Both the position numbers and the translations under genes were made by a program. The notes under the pieces are model-generated. The model ran no database searches. It saw nothing but the letters and a program-made list of their open reading frames with translations, and was not told the origin of the DNA. This document shows, piece after piece, positions 10,431 to 20,900 of a stretch of DNA of 64,000 nucleotides. This DNA is from an uncultured virus (IMG/VR IMGVR_UViG_3300035498_000413) (lineage: Duplodnaviria; Heunggongvirae; Uroviricota; Caudoviricetes), in the IMG/VR virus record IMGVR_UViG_3300035498_000413, positions 1 through 64,000 of that record, one strand, 5' to 3'. How positions within the stretch are numbered: the first letter of the stretch is position 1; every line of letters begins with the position of its first letter.

Positions 10431-10956
10431 TAGAGCCGAATCCTCCAGTTCTCTTTTCTGTTGTTTCATCTGTTTCTGTAACTAGATATTTTTCAAAAAT
10501 ACCTTGTCCGATTTTATCACCTTTCTTGATAAGAATAGGATTAGGACCGAGGTTTATGAATTGAAAGAACACTTCGCCCTCATTATCGTTATTACCGAAG
10601 TAGTCTGCATCCACAATCCCGACTCCATTTGCAAGCACTAGCCAATTCTTCAAAGGCACTGAACTGCGGGAAAACAGCTTGAGATGTACGTTACTAGGCA
10701 TTTGACATTTCACTCCAGTAGAAACAAGAGTAAAACGAGTATCGGAATTTTTAGTAAATTCTGCAATTTCATCAAGAGTAAGAGGCTCATAAGGCTTTCC
10801 TTGGTCATGCGTATATTTTCTTAAAGTATCGAATTGAGAAACAAAAGAAGGAATAATAGTATCCTCTGCTGCGAAGAAATCATAACCTGCGGATTCCGCA
10901 GTTGACCGGCGCGGCATATCTACCTCAGTAAATCTTGAAACCTTCTGAAAAACCAT
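10420..10956 (-). CDS. dut: Trimeric dUTPase
   Basis: SAGYD, RSS, GIVDADY, KIGQG and RTGGFGSSG motifs. Confidence 0.95.
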   Translation of the reverse strand: MVFQKVSRFTEVDMPRRSTAESAGYDFFAAEDTIIPSFVSQFDTLRKYTHDQGKPYEPLTLDEIAEFTKNSDTRFTLVSTGVKCQMPSNVHLKLFSRSSVPLKNWLVLANGVGIVDADYFGNNDNEGEVFFQFINLGPNPILIKKGDKIGQGIFEKYLVTETDETTEKRTGGFGSSGK

Positions 10957-11204
10957 TAATAATCCTCCCCGTTATACTCAATATCAACTTGCGTGCTAGG
11001 ATCTTTTTCCTCAGTAAACTTCTTAGTAAGAGAAACCTTATACCAAGAATCAATTACTTCGCCTTTTGCTTTCTGTTCTCTACTAACACAATTATACTTA
11101 GAAAGGGTGTACATATTACTCTGTTTTGCTTCATTAATTAGATTCTCAACTTCATTCTCACTATCAACTCTATAGATTTCAGTAACTTCAATCAAGTATT
11201 TCAT
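10956..11204 (-). CDS. Hypothetical protein
   Basis: Stop/start overlap with both neighbours. Confidence 0.7.
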   Translation of the reverse strand: MKYLIEVTEIYRVDSENEVENLINEAKQSNMYTLSKYNCVSREQKAKGEVIDSWYKVSLTKKFTEEKDPSTQVDIEYNGEDY

Positions 11205-11440
11205 TATCTTACCTCAATTTCTTTATTATAATCTGCGTTTGCAATAGATGTAACCAGAGAATTTTTAATATAATCTGGTGCATGAACAGTTAGTCTAGTA
11301 ATGCCATTCTCATAGCAATATTTTACAACTTCTTCTGGCTCACATCTAATAAATTCTTTTGCGATTATTTCATTATTTTTAAATATTCTTATTTGCGAAA
11401 CCCAAGTAAATTCTTCATAAAATATAATAGCTTCTTTCAA
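11204..11440 (-). CDS. Hypothetical protein
   Basis: Stop/start overlap with both neighbours. Confidence 0.7.
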   Translation of the reverse strand: MKEAIIFYEEFTWVSQIRIFKNNEIIAKEFIRCEPEEVVKYCYENGITRLTVHAPDYIKNSLVTSIANADYNKEIEVR

Positions 11441-11784
11441 ATCTCAATCACTCCTTGGAAGTAATCAAAGAATAGATACATTTTACAATCATCGCCTTCT
11501 CCTACCCAGAATTCAATTCTATCATCTTCTACGGAGATTTCTTTGATAGGACCTAGTTCCTGCGCAAGTGTGAGAATCTCTTCCGCCATCTTTCTATAGC
11601 GATGATATTCCTCTTTATATGTAAAGAGAGTAAAATATCTTTCATCATGGTTTAAAAACATATAATACTTAGAATCATGGGAGGATAAGAACTTGGAAAC
11701 CCGCAAAATAGCTTTATGAATATCTTCTTCTGTGTAATTAGGCATTTTACTATATCCAGCTTGATTAAATTCGTATAATGTCAT
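11437..11784 (-). CDS. Hypothetical protein
   Basis: ATGA overlaps at both ends. Confidence 0.7.
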   Translation of the reverse strand: MTLYEFNQAGYSKMPNYTEEDIHKAILRVSKFLSSHDSKYYMFLNHDERYFTLFTYKEEYHRYRKMAEEILTLAQELGPIKEISVEDDRIEFWVGEGDDCKMYLFFDYFQGVIEI

Positions 11785-12272
11785 TCTTTCTTCTCCTGAT
11801 GTTTTAAGTCGTAAATTTTTTGATTACGAGAACCACGCATCCAAAGAGTAAGATCTCGTTGTTCTTCAATATAAGGTCCATCTATTAGATAATCTATATT
11901 AGATAAGATATGTCTTAGATGTGTGGTTAAGTTATTTAATAAATCTTCATATAAATATCCAGTCCATAAATATATTTTTATATCTGGATACACTTTTCTT
12001 ACTTCTGTTATAATGAGGTTTGTAAGGAACTGATTTTCTTCACAAAGCGGTTCTCCGCCTTGAATCGCTAATGAGCGAGATATGCCATTAGCAGTAAGCC
12101 CAGATATGATAGAATTAAGTGTCTCTTGAGTAAATTCCTTACCTTCGTTAAAGCACCAAGTTTCTGGATTATGGCATCCTTTACATCTGGATTTACATCC
12201 CTGAGCGAAATAAGTTAAACATATACCTGGGGCTGAGGCTATGTCATTTCGTATAATTCCTGCATATCTCAT
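11781..12272 (-). CDS. nrdG: Anaerobic ribonucleotide reductase activating enzyme
   Basis: QGCKSRCKGCHNPETW (CxxxCxxC), GGEPL, DGPY and RGSRNQ; adjacent to nrdD. Confidence 0.95.
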   Translation of the reverse strand: MRYAGIIRNDIASAPGICLTYFAQGCKSRCKGCHNPETWCFNEGKEFTQETLNSIISGLTANGISRSLAIQGGEPLCEENQFLTNLIITEVRKVYPDIKIYLWTGYLYEDLLNNLTTHLRHILSNIDYLIDGPYIEEQRDLTLWMRGSRNQKIYDLKHQEKKE

Positions 12273-15200
12273 TCTCTCACTCCCACGTGTTTAGTTCTCA
12301 TTTCAGTTTCCTGCTGCTTGCCAAGGTTAAAGGCACTCTTATAATCACCTGTTAAATATCCAGTAACTCTACGTAAACGTTGAATATTCTGGCTGCCGCA
12401 CATAGGACAAGAATCATCCATTTCATCAGTGTATCCACAATCTAAGCAAGTATCATTGGGGACATTGATTGCGAAATAAGGTATATCGTGATCCATCGCA
12501 TAATTTACAATAATCTCTAAAGCTTCTGGATTATGTTTTGCACTAGAATCTAATTCTACATAAGTAATACATCCAGCCGAAGAATATCCAGTAAGCTGAG
12601 ATTCAATATCAATTTTTTCAAACACAGAAACTTGTTTCCATACAGGGGTATGAATAGAATTTGTGAAATATTCATTTTCACTTACGTTAGGAATTTTACC
12701 ATATTTTTCCTGGAATTTTTTCATAGAAGTATAGGCTAAATTTTCTGCTGGAGTAAAATATACACCAAAATTAAGTTTATAATTTTTCTTAAATTCTGCG
12801 CATCTATCTTTAAATAATTGTTCAATTCGTTTGGCTAATTCCATTCCCTTATCTGTTGTTTGGTCACAACCGATTAGAATTTGAAGTGTTTCAGCTAACC
12901 CAATTTGGCCAATGGCTAGAGTCCCATGTTTTAATGCGCTTCTAATACCTTCTTCTGGATTATATCCTGCCATAACATGATTTCTATACATAAACTTAGC
13001 GCTGGCTGGAGATTGAGAACAAATATATTCAAATCGCTCAATGAGCATATCTTTAGCTTCATGGATTTTTTCGTCAAGAAGATTCATAAATAAGCTTACC
13101 TTATCTGGAGCGTCCTCAGTGGCTTTATCATATTCTTCTTTTGCTTCCATAGCTAAAGTAGGCATAATAATAGTTACGGGGCAAATATTACCACGGCCAT
13201 CTTTTAATTGCCCAAATCCATTAACGTCCCAGCCGTTAGCTGTTCTGCACGTGTTAATCTAGTGTTACCACTAGCACTGACTATATCTTCTATCTAGTAT
13301 TAGATAGTCTTCCGCTTCGGTTTTCAGATGCTTCGTTTCCTAAAACATCGCTGGTGCTTATCTCCAGCCCTACTCCCATACATTCATCAGGGATAGTCGA
13401 TACACTTTATTCATCATAATATTCAAAAATCCATTGTCCTTTAAAAGGACTTTTTACTTTTCCATTTAATCTTGTTGTAATAGAAGTTTTTCCATTTTTA
13501 ATTCCACAAGCTTGAGCACAACTAATTATAGTACCGAATATATCAATTTCATTAGTAATGATATTTGTTCTTTTTATTTTTCGTGCCATAGGATTCTTAG
13601 ATCCTAATTTAGTTTGTCTAATTTTTTCTTTAATAATTTCCATTTCTTCTTCGGTTTTTGATTGATATGTATTTCCTCCGCATTTTGAAATTGCATCGGT
13701 TTCATTATATCCATCTTCAACTGAATTATAATATTGAATCCAATATTGCTCTTTTTTGTTTAATTCATCTTGCGTTTGAGCAGAATCTATTTCTTCAATT
13801 ATAAAGCTATTTTTTCCGTATTTTCTAATTGCCCTTGCAAAATGAGTATCTAATATATTATTTAAAGCATCATTTATATGCCTATGAAAACGCTGTTCTA
13901 TTGGTCTAATTGTTTGACCAATATATATTTTATTATTTTGAATATTTGTTATTTTATATATCCACATAAGCTTTTCTCCTTATTGTGAATATTATGATGA
14001 ATCTTAGCACGGTCTCATCTTATAAATTGAACCATTTTTATAAGACCTAACCGTTAGCCTCTAATTAGAGACACCCTCGAGCGAGGTTCAAAAGATTTTA
14101 CATGAGCTGTAGTTTACGCTTACCCATGGTCGAGAAATAAGTCCGTGGGTCATCTCGGTCATATCCCTCATTACCACTCCAATCGACATTTGCATAATTA
14201 GGATAAAGTCTTTGAGAAGTAGACTTCAATGCCAATTGAAACAAATCATAATTAGGATCTCCAGGTTCTCTATTGACACCTTTCATACACTGAAAGATGG
14301 AACAAGGGAAGATAGGTGTTTTATGCAATTTACCTACTCCTTCAATAGAGGTTTCTAACAGAGATTTAATAATCATACGACCCTCAGGAAGAGTACAAGT
14401 ACCAAAATTGATAGAAGTAAAGGGGAGTTGATTCCCGCTTCTACTCTGCAAAGTATTAAGGTTATGAAACATTCCTTCTACTGCCTGATGAATTTCTTTA
14501 ACTGTCATATCCATGGCATAATCATAAGACATTTTATGTTTATAAATCTTAGTATCTTCAATGCTAATATCTTTAGCTTCATCACTAGAGATAGCTAGTT
14601 TGAGTCCGAAGCTATCAGTATATTTTAAACCATCTATATAATGTTTATAAAAACTTTTACGGACGTATGGTACCATCGTCCAATCAAGATGTGTAGCGCT
14701 AACCCCCATTAGCGCCTCTTATACCTTTCGGAATAAGACTGACTATATCTTACTTATCTTAAAAATAAGTTCTCCTTTTTCGCTTTCGCTACATAATAGT
14801 CTATGAACGTTCTATTATTAATAAATTAAATTATCACTAACATAAGAATAATTCATATCTCTTTTCTTTATATTTTCTGAGTGCGTTAATACTTGTAGAT
14901 TATTTAAACAGTTATTGCTTGGGTCACCATCTATATGGTCAATATCCATTCCTTTAGGTATTTCTCCATTAAATGCTTCCCATACTACTCTATGGACTAA
15001 AAATTTTTTATTTAAACCATAGGCAGCATTAAATCTATAATAATTACCTGATTTAGATAATTTTAATTCAATCTTTTTTTCCATATTAATTATTCTACCA
15101 TCTTTGGTGGCATAATATGGAGTATTTCTAAACTGAGCAATATCGCCATACTCTTCAATATTTATAATTCTTTTTTGTGGTCCTCTATTAGAATTAAATT

Positions 15201-17305
15201 GTTTTAATTTTTTAATTGTTGCATTATGCTCAGAGGGAGAAACCCATTCTAAATTTAAATAATTATTATTTAATTTATCTCCATCTAAGTGATGGACTAT
15301 TGTACGATTCGAGGGGTCTGGATTCTCAATAAAATATTCTGCTACTGCCCTATGGGTATAAAGAACATATTGTTTTCCTTTAAAATAAAGAGAATAAAAA
15401 TGATACCCTTTATTAATTCCGCCCTTTAACCATTTACCTGTTTTTACATTTCTCAATCTACCAGTATCTTCCAACCAGAAATTAGTTGGTTGATTATTCA
15501 ATATAACATTTTTTTCCATCGTTGATTAAAGACTCCTTTTTTTTTTTTTTTTTTTTTTATTATACCATATGGAGTTGCAAAAATCAACATAAAATTTATT
15601 AATAAAAGTTTCGCTGCTGATTACCCAATCTTTAAATTTTTTACACATTCACGCCTGAATCTCTTCTACGTTGTAGTATTTAAAGCTCTAAGGGTGTCCC
15701 AGCAATTTAAGAGATTTTAATTCGGCAGGGTTTTTAACCGAACTGCTGGAGACTTTGAAGCTGGAAAATTACTGCGACAAGCTGAAAAGCCGTATTAACG
15801 CTATTGGCCGGCCGCACATCAGTTTGTCTAGTATTAAAACCATTAGCTAATAAATCATCAAAAGGTACACTCAAACAATTTCCAGTAGTAATGCCATTTG
15901 GGAGAACGAAGCTATGAGTATTTTCAACTTGCAAACACCATACCTCTTCTTCCTTATCTTCTTCAATATTTACAACCGTCCAATAGTATTTATTTGTATC
16001 TCCAATAAAGGTATATTGTTTAGTGAAACCTCTTGTGGTATAATTTGTCTTTTCTCCAGATTTGTCTTTAATTCCAAGAATAAAATACCCCAGTGCAGGG
16101 GCTTCATCTTCTATAAAGCTAGCTATTTGTTCATTTGTAGTAGTAATCGTTTTACTACTTCCTGTATGCTGTCCATCCGCACAATATAATCCATCAAATA
16201 AAGCTAGTTTTTCGTTTCTTGTCATAAGGTTAAGGTCGGGGAAGATTTTCCTAAATCCAATCGTGCTACTGAATGTTAGATATAGGTCGCCGTTAGGCAT
16301 TTCCTTCGTAGAATGTTTCAACCCTATAAACCTTTGTTCGTATTTAATTTTTTCGCCACAAAGTCTCATACGAACGAATTTAATATCTTCATTCTTCTTT
16401 CCGTGTGACCATCTACAAGCCTCTGTGCCATCACCAAGGACAAATCCTAAACACCAATAATATTGTTCTTTTTCTGTCGCCATATCCCAGTCAAACCTTC
16501 TAATACTAATCGGCGCCTTATAAAGTTTATCTCCTATTTTTAAATGAGTTGTTTCTGCCCCATTTTCTAATATCCATCTATGGTTTGCTGTAAAACGCTC
16601 TGTAACAAATCTTTGTCCAGCAAGAGAAAAAGTAACCTTATTCAACTTTTGAACTCCAAATTTTTTAACTGTAGCGTTATTAAAGCTACCATCATGGCTT
16701 AACACTACTATTTTATCACCATCTTCATGGTCAGAAAAAGAATGAACTCCGAAATCTTTAGTGATGAATTTTGTCTCTCGTGCACAGCAGTTGTGCATCC
16801 CGACTGCGTAACTATCCAAATCATGGATATAGATTTCATTGTTTAAATGATTCTGCTTTGCCATATCAGATACAATATAATCCAAAGCATACTGTTTAGT
16901 CATAACGCTAGAAGCTTCACCGATACGGCCTCCGAAAGAAGCTTCATCTACGTTCGCATTTTGGTTTTGGATATTAGAAGCAGAAAGCTTTTCGCCAATA
17001 GCATCAAAGAAATCTGCTTTTACGTCCCTAGCTACTTCTTTCTTATATCTAAATCTAATATAAGCTCTAGCCACATCTCTACGTTCAGACTGCATTAATT
17101 CATCTTCAACCCAGTCTTGAATCATCTCAACAGTTACATTAGCAGGAGACTTGTTGATTTCTTTCTCAATATCATTAGCGATTTCTTGCGCTGTTTCATC
17201 TTCATATAAAGTGCCATCAACTTCTACAAATGCTTTGTTAATAGCATTGATAATCTTATTTTTATCAAACTCAACGGTTTCACCGCTACGTTTCACAATA
17301 TACAT
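12269..17305 (-). CDS. nrdD: Class III anaerobic ribonucleotide reductase in three exons (17305-15737, 14706-14122, 13249-12269), with an intein
   Basis: N-terminal ATP cone. Splicing restores QQFG|GVSATHLD and STMG|CRTANG. C-terminal CxxC pairs and RRVTGYL glycyl-radical motif. Confidence 0.95.
13250..14121 (-). mobile_element. Group I intron 2 of nrdD
   Basis: 5' exon ends in U with P1 CATGGGT/GCTCATG (U-G pair), terminal G at 13250, S element AAGATATAGTC near 13279-13289. Confidence 0.92.
13407..13967 (-). CDS. Intron-encoded GIY-YIG homing endonuclease
   Basis: WIYKITN...IYIGQT, conserved R and E, GYN motif. Confidence 0.9.
   Translation of the reverse strand: MWIYKITNIQNNKIYIGQTIRPIEQRFHRHINDALNNILDTHFARAIRKYGKNSFIIEEIDSAQTQDELNKKEQYWIQYYNSVEDGYNETDAISKCGGNTYQSKTEEEMEIIKEKIRQTKLGSKNPMARKIKRTNIITNEIDIFGTIISCAQACGIKNGKTSITTRLNGKVKSPFKGQWIFEYYDE
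14818..15519 (-). CDS. Intron-encoded HNH homing endonuclease with two HNH domains
   Basis: HRAVA...VHHLDGDKLNNNYLNL and HRVVW...IDHIDGDPSNNCLNNL. Confidence 0.9.
   Translation of the reverse strand: MEKNVILNNQPTNFWLEDTGRLRNVKTGKWLKGGINKGYHFYSLYFKGKQYVLYTHRAVAEYFIENPDPSNRTIVHHLDGDKLNNNYLNLEWVSPSEHNATIKKLKQFNSNRGPQKRIINIEEYGDIAQFRNTPYYATKDGRIINMEKKIELKLSKSGNYYRFNAAYGLNKKFLVHRVVWEAFNGEIPKGMDIDHIDGDPSNNCLNNLQVLTHSENIKKRDMNYSYVSDNLIY
15559..15587 (-). promoter_or_regulatory. Internal sigma70-type promoter for the intron HNH gene
   Basis: TTGATT-N17-TATAAT with extended -10 TG, then an A22 tract and a GGAG RBS. Confidence 0.7.
15878..16789 (-). mobile_element. Intein (304 aa, LAGLIDADG) in NrdD
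   Basis: GMHN|CCARETKF...TANHRW...LGFVLGDG...GLYCADG...NGITTGN|CLSVPF; removal restores GMHNCLSVPF. Confidence 0.9.
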
Positions 17306-17360
17306 AGTTAATCACCTTTGCTTTCTATAAGTTATATTATACTTTAAAAAATCATATAAG

Positions 17361-17921
17361 TCACTTAATTACATTTGCCTGCTCAGCAATTTTCAGCGCG
17401 GAAGCAAGAGGTGTAACTCCTTCATTTTCAATAGGAATAATGCCGGATACATCAGAATTAGATAAAAAGAGGAAATCTTCTTCATCTGCGGAAAACCTGC
17501 GAATAATCTCCTTCACATCAGGATTATTTTCTCTATTAAGCTGTCTAAGAAGTCTAGTTTTATCAGAGCAATTAATTTTATAAATGCTAAGCTTGACATT
17601 AGGATTCTTACTTAGATTATAGATTCCATAAGGATTAAAAACTCCGATATTGATTTTATCTTCGTCGAGTTCTTCAATGCTAGTACCATAGTTCCAGTTA
17701 TTAAATCTAGTCCATTCTAGCATTTCGCCAGAAGAAATAGCAGTTTGAAATTGCTCGTTAGTTAGATAAAAATAATTCTCGCCCTCTTTTTCTCCTTCTC
17801 GGATAGGCCGAGTAGTATAGCTAATAATTTTATGAAAGCTATTAGACAGCTTGGCGAGTTCATTCAAGATTGCATCCTTCCCAGAACCCGCTTTCCCGCA
17901 AATCGCAATTACTTTAATCAT
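17361..17921 (-). CDS. gmk: Guanylate kinase-like nucleoside monophosphate kinase
   Basis: GKAGSGKD P-loop, SYTTRPIREGE, YYF and YGT motifs. Confidence 0.88.
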   Translation of the reverse strand: MIKVIAICGKAGSGKDAILNELAKLSNSFHKIISYTTRPIREGEKEGENYFYLTNEQFQTAISSGEMLEWTRFNNWNYGTSIEELDEDKINIGVFNPYGIYNLSKNPNVKLSIYKINCSDKTRLLRQLNRENNPDVKEIIRRFSADEEDFLFLSNSDVSGIIPIENEGVTPLASALKIAEQANVIK

Positions 17922-20900
17922 CGTCTTGTTCTTCCTCCCCTTTATATCTTTCACTTCTAAGTTCTAAGTTACCTTCTGCATCAATAGAATCAATGCGATA
18001 AAGTTGATGCTCTAAACCGCCGGAAGCATACTTCTTAGCGACAAATTCATTTCCTCTTCTGATTCCACTAACCAGAATTTTCTCACCACGCTTAAACCAA
18101 CTAGATTCAACTATCTTTTTAGTTCCATCTTCTTTGCGTTGAGAAATACGTTTATCAAATAAAGCAAAATATTCTTTGCGGAATTTGACAGGTACAACGC
18201 CATCAGTAGTCAATAGAGTTACAGTCCCTTTCGCTTTATTCTTTGCAATGCAAGTCCCGCAGATGCAATTTAACTTATAGATAGGAATTGTAAAATCTCC
18301 TCGTTTAATCACATCTTTAACCATAGGCTCTTCTGGTAAAGAATAAAAATCAGATAAGCCATATTTAAATTTATTAACGTGCGCGAGCTCGTGTTCATGC
18401 GCGTAGAAACACACAGCTTCCATTTCCCATGCGGACAAATTGCCGATTGCATATTTTTCCCAATCCTGTAAAAATATGGAAGTATTCAGAGCATCCAAAA
18501 TTTCTTCTTGATTTTCCGCCATCCAGTTTCTAAAAACATCCATATATTTTTGGTAGGTTTTATTCCAATCTTTAACTGGCATTAAATAACCTACGGGGAT
18601 ACCATCTAAAATATTAGTAGATACTAAGAAATTAACTGCTCTTTCATCAAGCTGATAATATTCTCCAACTTTGCAAGTATCTTTCAAGTATCTATTAAAT
18701 TCATATACCCGAGACGAAATCACAAATTCCTCGCTATCCTGCGGAATCAGATCGTATTTCCGCAGACTAGAATAATTCTGCATCGTGATACGCTTTTTTT
18801 TATCACAAGTTTCCCAGATATATTCTACCATTGTGCGGTAACGAGGTCCTAGGCTGTCAAAAACTCCGCCTTTAATCAATTCAACCATAACTTTACGATT
18901 AGGATTAACTCTATAATAGAAATCCAGCATAGAATTATAAGGTCGATTTTCAATAATTTGATTAGCTAACCCATCATTCACATTTGCTATTCCCTTCAAG
19001 CCAAAGTAAATTTTATTTTCTTCGGCATTAGGGACAAAGCCAAAGCCAGAATTATTGATATCAGGTAAACTAACTTGGACTCCTGCTTCTTTCATCTTGC
19101 CAATAGCGCTAGCCATTTTATCATAATTACTAGAACTATCTTCTCCTGCTGAACCACTATCATTAATCAAGCAAGCACAATTCCAATAGATTGTAGGATA
19201 TTTATAAGCTAAATTCATTTCTTGGAGAGCCACGAGTGAATAAGCGAGCGTGTGAGATAAGTTGAACCCATAACCTCGGCTAGTGGAGACTAAAACCTTC
19301 CAAACATAGTTGCAGAGATTCTTACTTAAATTCTTCTCTTTAACTTGTTCAAAATATTCTTCTTCCAGCTTTTCAAATTCGGCTGGATTTTTCTTTGCAA
19401 TACTCTTACGGAGACGATCACTCCAGTTTAAATCAAATCCACCACATTCGGGAATCTGAACTAGCTGCATAAATGATTCTTGGGATTCTGCGATCCCATA
19501 CGAGCTTAAAAGATATGGCTTTAGCAAATCTTGCTCTTGTCTAGTTAAACCATATTCGTCCATTTCCTCATACCATTGAGTAATATCATTCTTAAACCTT
19601 GCAAATTTGTGAAGAGGTTGTTCTCCGCCTTTTTCTTGGGCCATAAGACGAATTACAGAATTAAGGTGAGCTAAATCTTCAACGCTTTTAGGCTTGGTAA
19701 GAGCAATACCCTGAATACCACTTTGTTTCTCCATTTGAAATAGCGAAATAACTTGATGATTCCATACCATTTTCCACATTTCAGGGTCATCTCTTTCAAG
19801 ATTGTAAATGCCGACAACAGATTCATAAGTTTCTTTAAGAGTGGCTTTACGTTCAATTACTCCAGCATCACACAATAGGTCAAGACAAATATGGATTTTA
19901 TCTTCAGCTTCGACGCTCAATAAATCATATTTAATAAGACTACAGTCCTCGCTATCATGCAGGTCAAAAGCTGTAACGATAGTTCCATCAGGAGCACGCA
20001 TTAAAGAGGTTGTATTCGTAAATGGTTCATCGACGAAAATAACCCCGCCTGCATGCACTCCCATTCTACAAGGTAAACCTTCTATACTTCTTGCAATTTT
20101 CCAAAGTTCTGGTCTTGCGTTCATTTCCTCTACAAAAGGTTTTACTGGAGCATAATCGTTATCTTTATCTCCATAATAACATTGATGAAGAGTTCTGGAT
20201 ATTCCTCTATCTTCTGGAACAAGAGAAGAGATATATTGGGCATCTTCAACGTCTATGCCTAAGCCTCGTGCAGCCGTCAGGATAGCCGCTTTAGGTTTTT
20301 CTGTACCGAAAGTGATAACATTAGCTACTCTATTTTCACCATAAACTTCTCTAAGCTTATTTAAAATATCTTGACGACGAGATCCCTCAACATCTATATC
20401 TACGTCCAACACAGAAACTCGGCTAGGATTAAGGAATCTCCAAGCGAAAGTCCTGGTGGTTTCGCGCAATGGATTTATCTGGGTGATCTCCATCATATTC
20501 AAAAGTATAACTGATATACTATATATTTCTATATAGCATGGACTATCTCTTTACTTAATATATAAGCAATTCGCGCTTCGAGCGGCAGCTCATCCTCCGC
20601 CCTACTCTACTCAGCCATTTAGCCTTTCGATAGTCTCTACATCTTTTTGTTTAATTATCCAGTTCATTCCTTTAAATTTTATCCCTCTTTTTGACGCCTC
20701 TCCTATTTTAGAAGAGAATTTCGCATAAACTTGGGTATCAGGTATATAGCCTTGTTTAATACAATAATTATATGCGTCTTTCCTAGAGAAAAAAGTAAAC
20801 TTATCGTCATCTTTAGACATTATAATAATTTCATTTTTATTACTATTAGCAGCACTAATTTTCTTTTTAGTTTCTTCTGAACATTTATGCGCTATAATAA

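Larger units (their letters stand above)
14707..15736 (-). mobile_element. Group I intron 1 of nrdD
   Basis: P1 TTCGGT/GCCGAA, terminal G at 14707, S element at 14741-14751. Confidence 0.92.
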
